Sequence record: OL362041.1
Length of the DNA stretch: 64,000 nt
Reading direction: 5' to 3' (one strand)
DNA from: Escherichia phage vB_Eco_OMNI12
A program made the translations under genes and the position numbers. Below are positions 37,706 to 46,131 of the stretch, in pieces; position 1 is the stretch's first letter, and every line of letters starts with the position of its first letter. The notes beneath the pieces were generated by a model. That model did no database searches, was not told where the DNA came from, and saw only the letters and a list, made by a program, of their open reading frames with translations.

Positions 37706-37712
37706 AAGAATG

Positions 37713-38186
37713 TCATTTGATTTGTTTAGCAGACCAAATGCGGTCTTTAATAATTTTTTGGATGTCTTCAACATACTCAAGAGAGTGAACATGTGGATTA
37801 TCTTTGAAACTATAAGCACGGGCTAACTTTTGGCCTTCGGTTTTGATTACTAAAAGCTCTTTAAGGATAGCTTCATATTTAGCGATAATTCCTTTAACGA
37901 TATTTTTTTCTTGTGCCGCTTTAGGATCTGCTTTAGGAGCAGGTTTACCCGAAGCCTTTGCAAAAGCAGCGCCAGTAGCAACTAAACTTTTCCAGGCCAT
38001 ACTAACTGCATTTCCCGTAAATCCTTCCGCTTTCATGTCGCGTGCAAACTGGAATCGCGATTCATCAGAAGCATCTTTATAGGAATATTTACCCGCGGCA
38101 ATGGCAGCTTTTGCAACAGCTTGAATTTCGGTGCTAGATGCTTCATTTAACACCGCTTCATTTAAAAATTGAGTATATGATTTCAT
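37713..38186 (-). CDS. internal-protein-like protein (capsid-targeting N-terminus)
   Basis: ORF-track start lies in RNA/terminator region; start moved to ATG 38186-38184 (AGGAA upstream); 157 aa; N-terminus MKSYTQFLNE-A. Confidence 0.5.
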   Translation of the reverse strand: MKSYTQFLNEAVLNEASSTEIQAVAKAAIAAGKYSYKDASDESRFQFARDMKAEGFTGNAVSMAWKSLVATGAAFAKASGKPAPKADPKAAQEKNIVKGIIAKYEAILKELLVIKTEGQKLARAYSFKDNPHVHSLEYVEDIQKIIKDRIWSAKQIK

Positions 38187-38224
38187 CTTATTTCCTGTTT
38201 TAATTTGTAGATTTAATATACTAA

Positions 38225-38232
38225 TATTTATA
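38225..38232 (-). promoter_or_regulatory. late promoter (TATAAATA)
   Basis: Minus-strand TATAAATA 39 nt upstream of ATG 38186. Confidence 0.5.
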
Positions 38233-38234
38233 CC

Positions 38235-38262
38235 AAAAAGCCCCAACCTTTCGGTCGGGGCT
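38235..38262 (-). terminator. rho-independent terminator ending tRNA/stable-RNA transcription unit
   Basis: Same hairpin as 37677-37705 followed by UUUUU. Confidence 0.75.
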
Positions 38263-38269
38263 AAGCCTT

Positions 38270-38580
38270 GCGGCAACCTTGTCGGGGTTCCACCTGCTAA
38301 GACAAGTGTTTGTACGAAACGCCGGGATTCGAACCCGGTTATTAAGTAGTTGACGCTACTCAATATTTTTAAAAGGCCATATCTCGACCATATCCGAACG
38401 TTCCGTCAAAAACGCTACTCGGCTTACGGCAAAGATATTTCCTCGAATCGATAATTCGGTGCGCCGTTTCTGCTGTGGTGTAAGAGGGCATCAACAAATC
38501 ATAAAGATTTATTAACGCAATTCCTTACCCAGGGAACATCAGTCCGACGACTTACCGGTAGCGACCCGGTTTCTTGTCTG
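38270..38580 (-). ncRNA. tRNA-like small stable RNAs (T4 species 1/2, rnaC/rnaD-like); boundaries approximate
   Basis: No ORF; T-arm-like CCGGGUUCGAAUCCCGG element; lies between tRNA-Arg and terminator as in T4. Confidence 0.5.
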
Positions 38581-38581
38581 G

Positions 38582-38655
<74 letters not shown>

Positions 38656-38658
38656 TAA

Positions 38659-39324
38659 TTAAAATTTCATTTTTCGACCTTTAAACCATCCTTCTGGAAT
38701 TGGGTCAGTTTTCTTAATACGTTTAGAAACTTTTTCATCTAATGAATGAATCCACATCATACCAAATTGGGAATTCTTTTCACCTTGTTGGTGTTTATTT
38801 TTGGCGTGAGATTCTTTCATTTTATTAATAGTTTCAAGAGTATGGGTCTTACCCAAGAAAGATTTAATATTTAAAAATTTCTCTCTATACTTAGGATTAT
38901 CCCAAAGCTGTTTAAACCTTTCTGAACCCATTTTACGATATTTTTCTTTAAGGTCTGGGTCGTTCTCAAATCTGGTTTTAAAAGCAGCAGCCCCTTTTAA
39001 GGAAGCTTCTTTCTTTTTATCCAAATATTCTTTAGTGTTTAAATGGTCCCAACCACCTTCACCACCTAATTTCAAATTATAAACATCAGGGCGCTTTAAA
39101 AACTCTTCAGTCACAATATTCTTTTCTGACTCAAACATAGAGGTTTTATCGTCAAAGAACTCTAATATTTCTTTAGAGAAATTTTCTATACCATACTTGT
39201 CTTGGGCTCTTTTTAATAATTTACCAGAACCCATATATCCATCATCTAAATTTTCGGTAGAATGAGCGCCTATATAGATTTTATTATTAATTTTATTTGT
39301 TATTTTATAAGTGTAATGGAACAT
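38659..39324 (-). CDS. segB: GIY-YIG homing endonuclease SegB
   Basis: 221 aa; GIY-YIG motif YKITNKINNKIYIGAHS; sits inside tRNA cluster as in T4. Confidence 0.8.
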   Translation of the reverse strand: MFHYTYKITNKINNKIYIGAHSTENLDDGYMGSGKLLKRAQDKYGIENFSKEILEFFDDKTSMFESEKNIVTEEFLKRPDVYNLKLGGEGGWDHLNTKEYLDKKKEASLKGAAAFKTRFENDPDLKEKYRKMGSERFKQLWDNPKYREKFLNIKSFLGKTHTLETINKMKESHAKNKHQQGEKNSQFGMMWIHSLDEKVSKRIKKTDPIPEGWFKGRKMKF

Positions 39325-39365
39325 AAATATCTCCTATTTCTAAGAGTATTTATGTTCCCAAAATA

Positions 39366-39437
39366 TGGCCCTGGGTGGAATTGAACCACCATCTGGCGAT
39401 TATGAGTCGCTTGCTTGAACCTTCCAGCTACAGGGCC
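39366..39437 (-). tRNA. tRNA-Ile (anticodon CAU, lysidine-type)
   Basis: 72 nt; anticodon loop CU-CAU-AA; T-arm GGUGGUUCAAUUCCACC. Confidence 0.8.
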
Positions 39438-39443
39438 TTGATA

Positions 39444-39516
39444 TGCTGATTGACGGAATCGAACCGCCGACATCCTCATTACAAGTGAGGTGCTCTACCT
39501 ACTGAGCTAAATCAGC
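39444..39516 (-). tRNA. tRNA-Thr (anticodon UGU)
   Basis: 73 nt; D-arm GCUCAGUAGGUAGAGC; anticodon loop CU-UGU-AA. Confidence 0.85.
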
Positions 39517-39523
39517 GAAATTA

Positions 39524-39610
39524 CGGAGGCGATAGGATTTGAACCTATGAGTCACCGGAGCGACTGCCGGTTTTCAAGACCGGTGCATTAAACCACTCTG
39601 CCACGCCTCC
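39524..39610 (-). tRNA. tRNA-Ser (anticodon UGA)
   Basis: 87 nt with long variable arm; anticodon loop CU-UGA-AA. Confidence 0.85.
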
Positions 39611-39612
39611 AG

Positions 39613-39686
39613 TCTCCGCGGCAGGATTTGAACCTGCGACATTCTGCTCCCAAAGCAGACGCTCTACCAAACTGAGCTACACGGAG
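39613..39686 (-). tRNA. tRNA-Pro (anticodon UGG)
   Basis: 74 nt; anticodon stem UCUGC/GCAGA, loop UU-UGG-GA. Confidence 0.85.
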
Positions 39687-39698
39687 TAAATTAAATTT

Positions 39699-39770
<72 letters not shown>

Positions 39771-39776
39771 AAACTT

Positions 39777-39863
39777 TGGTACGAGAAGTGGGACTCGAAC
39801 CCACAAGGAAATCATTCCGCAGCATTTTAAGTGCTGTGCCTTTACCAATTTGACCATTCTCGC
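39777..39863 (-). tRNA. tRNA-Leu (anticodon UAA)
   Basis: 87 nt with long variable arm; anticodon loop CU-UAA-AA; CCA encoded. Confidence 0.85.
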
Positions 39864-39864
39864 G

Positions 39865-39937
39865 CTGGGAATAAAGGACTCGAACCTTTGCATCTAGCAG
39901 TCAAAGTGCTATGCCTTACCAACTTGGCTAATTCCCA
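39865..39937 (-). tRNA. tRNA-Gln (anticodon UUG)
   Basis: 73 nt; anticodon loop CU-UUG-AC; 1-nt spacer to tRNA-Leu. Confidence 0.85.
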
Positions 39938-40023
39938 ATTATTAACAAAGGCTCTCAGGAAAGAACCCTTGATGATAGAGGGTATTAATCAGTGCGATAT
40001 GAGTTAATAATAACACATAATTC

Positions 40024-40539
40024 TTAAAGCAAATCAATCATTTTAACGGTTGGCAAAACAATTTCTTTTTCAATATAAGCAAATTCGACACGTTCAACTA
40101 CACGCAAGAAATCGTAATCATAGTATTCAGAAGCATAGCCAAGAATATCAATAAGTCCTTGAGATATCTCATCGCCTTTCACAAAGAACAGGTCGAATAC
40201 GCGGGCTTCGTCTTCTTCAGATTTATCACCAAGGTCTACTTCGATACCAAAGACCTTTTTAATAAATTCCGGTTGGAGTTGGTCTGAGAACAGTCCTTCA
40301 ACCAGATATTCGTAGATAATAAGCGAGCAACGACCGAATGGTGTATTACCGCAATAACGTTCGGCTTTGGTGCTAGAATGACGGCTCTTAAATTTCTTCA
40401 AGAGATATTTAAACTGTTGGAGCTCATGCTCTTCCACTTCAAACAATGTTTTGGTTTTATAGTTGTCACCATCACTTTCATAGGTAGTGACATCAATTAC
40501 GTAGCCCTTAGGAATTGTACTGCCTAAACGAATATTCAT
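40024..40539 (-). CDS. hypothetical protein
   Basis: ORF track 171 aa. Confidence 0.5.
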   Translation of the reverse strand: MNIRLGSTIPKGYVIDVTTYESDGDNYKTKTLFEVEEHELQQFKYLLKKFKSRHSSTKAERYCGNTPFGRCSLIIYEYLVEGLFSDQLQPEFIKKVFGIEVDLGDKSEEDEARVFDLFFVKGDEISQGLIDILGYASEYYDYDFLRVVERVEFAYIEKEIVLPTVKMIDLL

Positions 40540-40543
40540 TTAA

Positions 40544-40834
40544 TCACCATACCATATTAATGTAAGTATACTCAATACATTCAAGATTTAAAGGATTCTT
40601 GAAAATATCATATTCAAGAGGGCCTTTTTCTGTTTCAATAAAGAAATCAAAGTTAACTGTGTTAAATTTACGGTCTTCCTTCACTAATTTAACTTGAGAA
40701 GATGAACGGTCAATGTAAACCTTTTCAACTTCAAAACATGTTAAAATGCCATAATCATCAATCAAAGCTTTAGCCGCGTCTTGATCATATTTATATCCAT
40801 TTTCAATGGATGATACTTTCGCATAAAGAATCAT
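40544..40834 (-). CDS. hypothetical protein
   Basis: ORF track 96 aa. Confidence 0.45.
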   Translation of the reverse strand: MILYAKVSSIENGYKYDQDAAKALIDDYGILTCFEVEKVYIDRSSSQVKLVKEDRKFNTVNFDFFIETEKGPLEYDIFKNPLNLECIEYTYINMVW

Positions 40835-40836
40835 TA

Positions 40837-41235
40837 TCAGCCTTCATCAACAATAGTGTGAGTATTAGCATTTACGATTTGCCACCAATCAAAGCGATTA
40901 GAATCCATCGGTTTGTTTTCATTTTCTTTGATAATGTCACGGAGTTCATCTTCAGAGAATGCTTTAGCGATTAAATCGGTATACCCACCACGTGGATAAT
41001 AATTATCACCTGCAAACAAAAGGAAATTTACCTTCCCGGAAGGAACATACGCTTCCTTAGGATACTTGTTTCCTGCGTGGTCAACCACTTCAATATAACG
41101 GTAAGGAATATCGGTTCTTTCAACCCATTGCCATGCCGCCGCAGGGGAATCGAAAGCATCTACACCTAAACGATTATCTTCATCTTTAGACGGATTATTT
41201 TCGTAATCCGCATATACATAATATTCAACGTTCAT
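40837..41235 (-). CDS. hypothetical protein
   Basis: ORF track 132 aa. Confidence 0.5.
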   Translation of the reverse strand: MNVEYYVYADYENNPSKDEDNRLGVDAFDSPAAAWQWVERTDIPYRYIEVVDHAGNKYPKEAYVPSGKVNFLLFAGDNYYPRGGYTDLIAKAFSEDELRDIIKENENKPMDSNRFDWWQIVNANTHTIVDEG

Positions 41236-41420
41236 TATTCACCTTTAGAAATTTTATCCATAACAATAGCAATTAAACCAATTAAAAATGCTACTACAAG
41301 TGAAAAAACATTTTCTGCCGTAGTCAATAATCCGCATATAAATCCAACAAACATTGAAAAACTGAAAGCGGAAGCAGAAATTGCAATAGCAACATTTCGA
41401 ATTAATTCACAACGTTTCAT
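41235..41420 (-). CDS. small membrane protein
   Basis: 61 aa; two hydrophobic helices; own early promoter. Confidence 0.5.
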   Translation of the reverse strand: MKRCELIRNVAIAISASAFSFSMFVGFICGLLTTAENVFSLVVAFLIGLIAIVMDKISKGE

Positions 41421-41442
41421 TTTATTCTCCTCAGTAGTAGAT

Positions 41443-41477
41443 AGGGTAATAGTATCACTACCCTATCTAAAAGTAAA
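41443..41477 (-). promoter_or_regulatory. T4-type early promoter with 11-bp-arm palindrome
   Basis: -35 TTTACT (41472-41477), 17-nt spacer, -10 TACTAT (41449-41454); palindrome tagatagggta/taccctatcta around -10. Confidence 0.6.
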
Positions 41478-41478
41478 C

Positions 41479-41712
41479 TTATTTTTTACGAAAAATTGAT
41501 TTATTTTCTGCTGCCCATTTTTCAATAACTGCAGCAGGACCAGTAACAACAATTTTATCACCGTAATCTTCTGCGGCGAGTTGACCGAAATTATCTAATG
41601 CATCACGAAGAACTCCATGAGGCATTTCACCCATTTTATCTTTCTTGCCAGTGTAAATAAACTCAACTTTTACATCAGCAGTTTCAGCAATAAATTCTTG
41701 GTAAGTTTTCAT
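41479..41712 (-). CDS. ipI: internal protein I-like (capsid-targeted, putative anti-restriction)
   Basis: Start at Met 5 of ORF track; N-terminus MKTYQEFIAE is the T4 internal-protein capsid-targeting sequence; adjacent to 57B as ipI in T4. Confidence 0.6.
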   Translation of the reverse strand: MKTYQEFIAETADVKVEFIYTGKKDKMGEMPHGVLRDALDNFGQLAAEDYGDKIVVTGPAAVIEKWAAENKSIFRKK

Positions 41713-41740
41713 TTTGATTTCCATTTGGTTTTGTTTTGAT

Positions 41741-41775
41741 AGGGTAATAGTATCACAACTAAAACCCTATGTAAA
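41741..41775 (-). promoter_or_regulatory. T4-type early promoter with palindrome
   Basis: -35 TTTACA (41770-41775), 17-nt spacer, -10 TACTAT (41747-41752). Confidence 0.6.
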
Positions 41776-41788
41776 CAACTTTGTGAAA

Positions 41789-42046
41789 TTATTTTAAATC
41801 TTCTAATCGTTTCTTCATCTTAGAACCATTTTTAGCAATTTCTCCTGCATCGGAGCATAATGCTAAAAGTGCTTTAACTTTAGTTTGGTCTCCTTTAAAA
41901 GATGAAGGATCGACCGCAGCAGCAAGTTCTTTAATACGAGAGAAAAGACGCTCAGCTTCAGCTAAAGCCATTCCAAGCTTTACTTCCATACCGTGGGAAG
42001 ATTCAGTGATAGTAGTTTTTGTAGCAAACTCTTTGAAAGTTTTCAT
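41789..42046 (-). CDS. internal-protein-like small protein
   Basis: 85 aa; N-terminus MKTFKEFATK resembles capsid-targeting sequence; AGGAAAA SD. Confidence 0.5.
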   Translation of the reverse strand: MKTFKEFATKTTITESSHGMEVKLGMALAEAERLFSRIKELAAAVDPSSFKGDQTKVKALLALCSDAGEIAKNGSKMKKRLEDLK

Positions 42047-42071
42047 TTTTATTTTCCTAATTAATTTTGAT

Positions 42072-42106
42072 GAGGTAATAGTATCACTACCTCATCAGTA
42101 TGTAAA
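42072..42106 (-). promoter_or_regulatory. T4-type early promoter with 9-bp-arm palindrome
   Basis: -35 TTTACA (42101-42106), 17-nt spacer, -10 TACTAT (42078-42083); palindrome gatgaggta/tacctcatc. Confidence 0.6.
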
Positions 42107-42119
42107 CAACTTTGTGAAA

Positions 42120-42804
<685 letters not shown>

Positions 42805-42805
<1 letters not shown>

Positions 42806-43530
42806 TATAGTACCTTTAGTGTATTTTTAATTTTAGAAAAAAGTTCTTCAAGAGAACCATCGTTTGTAATTACTAAATCGCCATCACGAATTGGCAATCC
42901 AGCTTCTGTAATATGTGTATCATTGGATTTTTGACCAGGACGAACTACATGAATTACTGTAGCACCCATCGCCCTAGCCGCATCCATTTCATGATCTTGA
43001 CGGGTATCAGGAACGATATAATAATCATAACCTGAGTTAAATTTATCAAGATAATCTAAAGCAAATAATTTTACCCAGTACATGCGGTCGAAGTTATTAA
43101 CAATCAAATCCGTACCTAGGGCTTGCATCAGACGACGGACTGACCATTGATCTTCAATATTATTTATAACGTCAATAATCTTGTTAAATGCTACGGAATT
43201 AACTGATTCTTGTCCTTCGTCATCAAAAACAAACACACCTTTAATTGGGCTTTTACCATTAAGATAGCAAAATGCTTGTTCCATAATCGTGATTACTTCT
43301 AATTTAGTTAGATTTAAATTAGTCTCACGATCATAGTCAATTCCTTCAAACTCTTTACGAGTTAAGCAAGGATAGTCGGTATTTGCTGCAAATACTCCCC
43401 ATGCATAAGCCAATGCATCCTTAATAGGACCAGCAAGTTGGTATTTAACTGCAGAATAATTGCTCATGATAAAATCAGCAGTAGTATCTTTTCCACTACG
43501 CTTTACACCGCTTAAAAAGATTAGTTTCAT
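42805..43530 (-). CDS. 1: deoxynucleoside monophosphate kinase gp1
   Basis: 241 aa; P-loop GVKRSGKDT; length equals T4 gp1. Confidence 0.85.
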
Positions 43531-43579
43531 ATGTTTCTCCTCAAATTTAGTTAAGATTATAACACATGAAACTGAAGCA

Positions 43580-44110
43580 TTAAACTTCCGCTATAATTTT
43601 TCCATCTTTTTCTACTTGAAAATACGTATAAGGAATCGTTGCTGTACATACTAAAGCCGGGTCTGAATCTTCTGTGTAGCTAAATTCTACTTCAGACAGG
43701 TCAGAAACCCAAGGCTTATAAAAATTTATTGACATCACGATTTCAGTTTTGCTATTATCTAAAATGTAAAGCGTAATGTATTCAGGACCTGTTTTTTGGG
43801 CAGTATTTTCACCTGTAAGATAGTTGCTAGTTCCTAGCATCCATTCATACATTCCTATCCATGACTTAAGTTCTTCATCAACTATAAATCTCACGATGAG
43901 TGGATCGTACTCAAATGTAGCACCTGGACGTTGTGCTCGGCCCAGTCCAAACGGCCCAGTCACGGTATCAGTAACAGGTATTCTAATTCCTGGAATAGGA
44001 ACTGACTGAGCATTTAAAGTAAAAGCAGATGTAGTATTACTATGTGGTATTGATACTACAAAGTTAGTTGTATTTGCTTGGTTAAAAATTTGTTGCAGTG
44101 CTTGCGACAT
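43580..44110 (-). CDS. 3: tail completion / sheath stabiliser gp3
   Basis: ORF track 203 aa; start at Met 28 gives 176 aa as in T4 gp3. Confidence 0.7.
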   Translation of the reverse strand: MSQALQQIFNQANTTNFVVSIPHSNTTSAFTLNAQSVPIPGIRIPVTDTVTGPFGLGRAQRPGATFEYDPLIVRFIVDEELKSWIGMYEWMLGTSNYLTGENTAQKTGPEYITLYILDNSKTEIVMSINFYKPWVSDLSEVEFSYTEDSDPALVCTATIPYTYFQVEKDGKIIAEV

Positions 44111-44216
44111 ATATTCCTCATAATGCTTTATAACTGTTGGTGGTATAATGGGTCTAAGTCCCTTCCATTCAATTCCAATTAGAACAAACAATAGAAAAGA
44201 ATGGAAGATAATAGAA

Positions 44217-45041
44217 TTAAATATTTGACCAGACTTTGTTTGCAGAGAAACGTTTTCCTTTTGAAACGAACTGCTGAAGTGGCATTAACACAACGTTCGC
44301 CCAGTCTTTCGGGGCGATTTCAACAAGGCTACCCATAATATTACCAGGTATATATGCCTTAATCATTTGGTCTGCACCCCTAAATCCTTTCACTTGACTC
44401 CAATCAATTTTTAATTTCGTTTTATTAGTAATAGTAGGTGTATTTGAATATTGCTTTAAAAGCTCTTCTAGGAATTGCTGGCGAGCTTTAGGTGGAATAT
44501 AGTGCAAGTTCAATCCGTACATTAAATTATGCTTACCTAAACCAAGGTAAATTATCAAAGGAAATTTATCCCAGTAAGGAAGAGTTTCCTTGTGTTTAGC
44601 ATCATAAGCAAAAGCATATATTCGTCCCGGCTGCGGGCGAACAACTTTATGTCCTTTTACTTGCTTAATAGTTTCAGCAAACCACTTTCTGGTTTTATTA
44701 TTAATTGCTGCGCCTTCATTACGAATTTTATCACGTAATGTTTGCCTGAATGAATTTATCATAAGCAGTTGTCTTTCTTGCTTATTGAGTTTATTCATTG
44801 GTTTTGATTCAAGCTTTTGAATCTTTTCAGCCGTTTTAATTCCTGAAGCATATTTTGACATTGCTGAAGTAAACGTAGAGTATTTGATTCCTCTTTCTTC
44901 AGCAAATTGCTTTCCGGTCATTCCTTTTGCTTTGGCCTTTTTATATTCAAGACCTATCTGAATCCATTTCTTTTCGTTTAATGATTGCTTAACCTTTGGA
45001 ACTTGGGGAGTGCTTTCATTAATTATTTGAAAAATAGCCAT
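44217..45041 (-). CDS. 2: DNA end protector gp2
   Basis: 274 aa; length and position equal T4 gp2. Confidence 0.8.
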   Translation of the reverse strand: MAIFQIINESTPQVPKVKQSLNEKKWIQIGLEYKKAKAKGMTGKQFAEERGIKYSTFTSAMSKYASGIKTAEKIQKLESKPMNKLNKQERQLLMINSFRQTLRDKIRNEGAAINNKTRKWFAETIKQVKGHKVVRPQPGRIYAFAYDAKHKETLPYWDKFPLIIYLGLGKHNLMYGLNLHYIPPKARQQFLEELLKQYSNTPTITNKTKLKIDWSQVKGFRGADQMIKAYIPGNIMGSLVEIAPKDWANVVLMPLQQFVSKGKRFSANKVWSNI

Positions 45042-45493
45042 TATGCCCCCTTAAAGCCAAGAGCTCGTAATCCATCTTCTGTTAAAATTCTAAATTTTAT
45101 TCCACGCTTTTCAGCTAAAGCTTGAGCTGCTTTCCATTTGTCAGTATTAACGGAATATGTATAAATTTCATTCATAAATCTTTTCTTCGCTGCAGTTGTT
45201 AGATGTGCTGGTTTAACTGGTGGTTGTGTTTCTTTTTTAGGTTTTATTTCAATAAAAAATTCTTGTCCAGAAGAATCTTTCATCCAAATATCCATGAAGT
45301 ATCTACGTTTTTTCCCTTCTGCATTACAAAAATAAGGAATTACTGCTGTTTCACTACCCCATGCAATAATTTCTGGATTTTTATCTAACCATTCAAAAAA
45401 GAATTTTTCCCAATTTGATCTATACGTAATTTTTTTAGGGTCACCTCTATACTTTGATATATTTTTAGGAACCCATTTTCCAGAATATGCCAT
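45041..45493 (-). CDS. 4: head completion protein gp4
   Basis: 150 aa; length and position equal T4 gp4. Confidence 0.8.
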   Translation of the reverse strand: MAYSGKWVPKNISKYRGDPKKITYRSNWEKFFFEWLDKNPEIIAWGSETAVIPYFCNAEGKKRRYFMDIWMKDSSGQEFFIEIKPKKETQPPVKPAHLTTAAKKRFMNEIYTYSVNTDKWKAAQALAEKRGIKFRILTEDGLRALGFKGA

Positions 45494-45504
45494 TGGATTC
45501 TCCT

Positions 45505-45512
45505 TATAAATA
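45505..45512 (+). promoter_or_regulatory. late promoter (TATAAATA) for gene 53
   Basis: Plus-strand TATAAATA 29 nt upstream of ATG 45541. Confidence 0.6.
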
Positions 45513-45519
45513 GATAATA

Positions 45520-45527
45520 TATTTATA
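45520..45527 (-). promoter_or_regulatory. late promoter (TATAAATA) for gene 4
   Basis: Minus-strand TATAAATA 27 nt upstream of ATG 45493. Confidence 0.6.
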
Positions 45528-45540
45528 AACAGGAGGGCCC

Positions 45541-46131
45541 ATGCTCTTTACATTTTTTGATCCGATTGAATATGCGGCCAAAACGGTGAATAAAAACGCG
45601 CCGACTATTCCTATGACAGATATTTTTAGAAACTATAAAGACTATTTTAAACGCGCTCTTGCGGGATACCGCTTACGTACTTATTATATCAAAGGTTCAC
45701 CACGCCCGGAAGAATTAGCAAATACTATATATGGAAATCCACAGTTGTATTGGGTTTTATTGATGTGTAATGATAATTATGACCCGTATTATGGATGGAT
45801 TACTTCACAAGAAGCAGCTTATCAAGCATCTATACAAAAATACAAAAATGTAGGTGGAGACCAAATAGTATATCATGTGAATGAGAACGGTGAAAAATTT
45901 TATAATTTAATATCATACGATGATAATCCATATGTTTGGTATGATAAAGGTGATAAAGCTAGAAAATATCCTCAATATGAAGGAGCACTTGCTGCTGTTA
46001 ATACGTATGAAGATGCTGTTCTTGAAAATGAAAAACTTCGTCAAATAAAAATAATAGCAAAATCAGACATTAATTCATTTATGAACGACCTTATACGTAT
46101 AATGGAGAAATCTTATGGAAATGATAAGTAA
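45541..46131 (+). CDS. 53: baseplate wedge protein gp53
   Basis: 196 aa; length and position equal T4 gp53. Confidence 0.85.
   Translation: MLFTFFDPIEYAAKTVNKNAPTIPMTDIFRNYKDYFKRALAGYRLRTYYIKGSPRPEELANTIYGNPQLYWVLLMCNDNYDPYYGWITSQEAAYQASIQKYKNVGGDQIVYHVNENGEKFYNLISYDDNPYVWYDKGDKARKYPQYEGALAAVNTYEDAVLENEKLRQIKIIAKSDINSFMNDLIRIMEKSYGNDK

Larger units (their letters stand above)
37678..38265. repeat. identical 31-bp direct repeats flanking IP-like gene
   Basis: aaaaagccccaacctttcggtcggggctaag at 37678-37708 and 38235-38265. Confidence 0.85.

Noticed and set aside
44141-44151. Plus-strand TGGTATAAT (extended -10-like) upstream of gene 3
   Set aside because: No plus-strand gene lies downstream for 1.4 kb and there is no matching -35, so it is likely fortuitous in AT-rich DNA.
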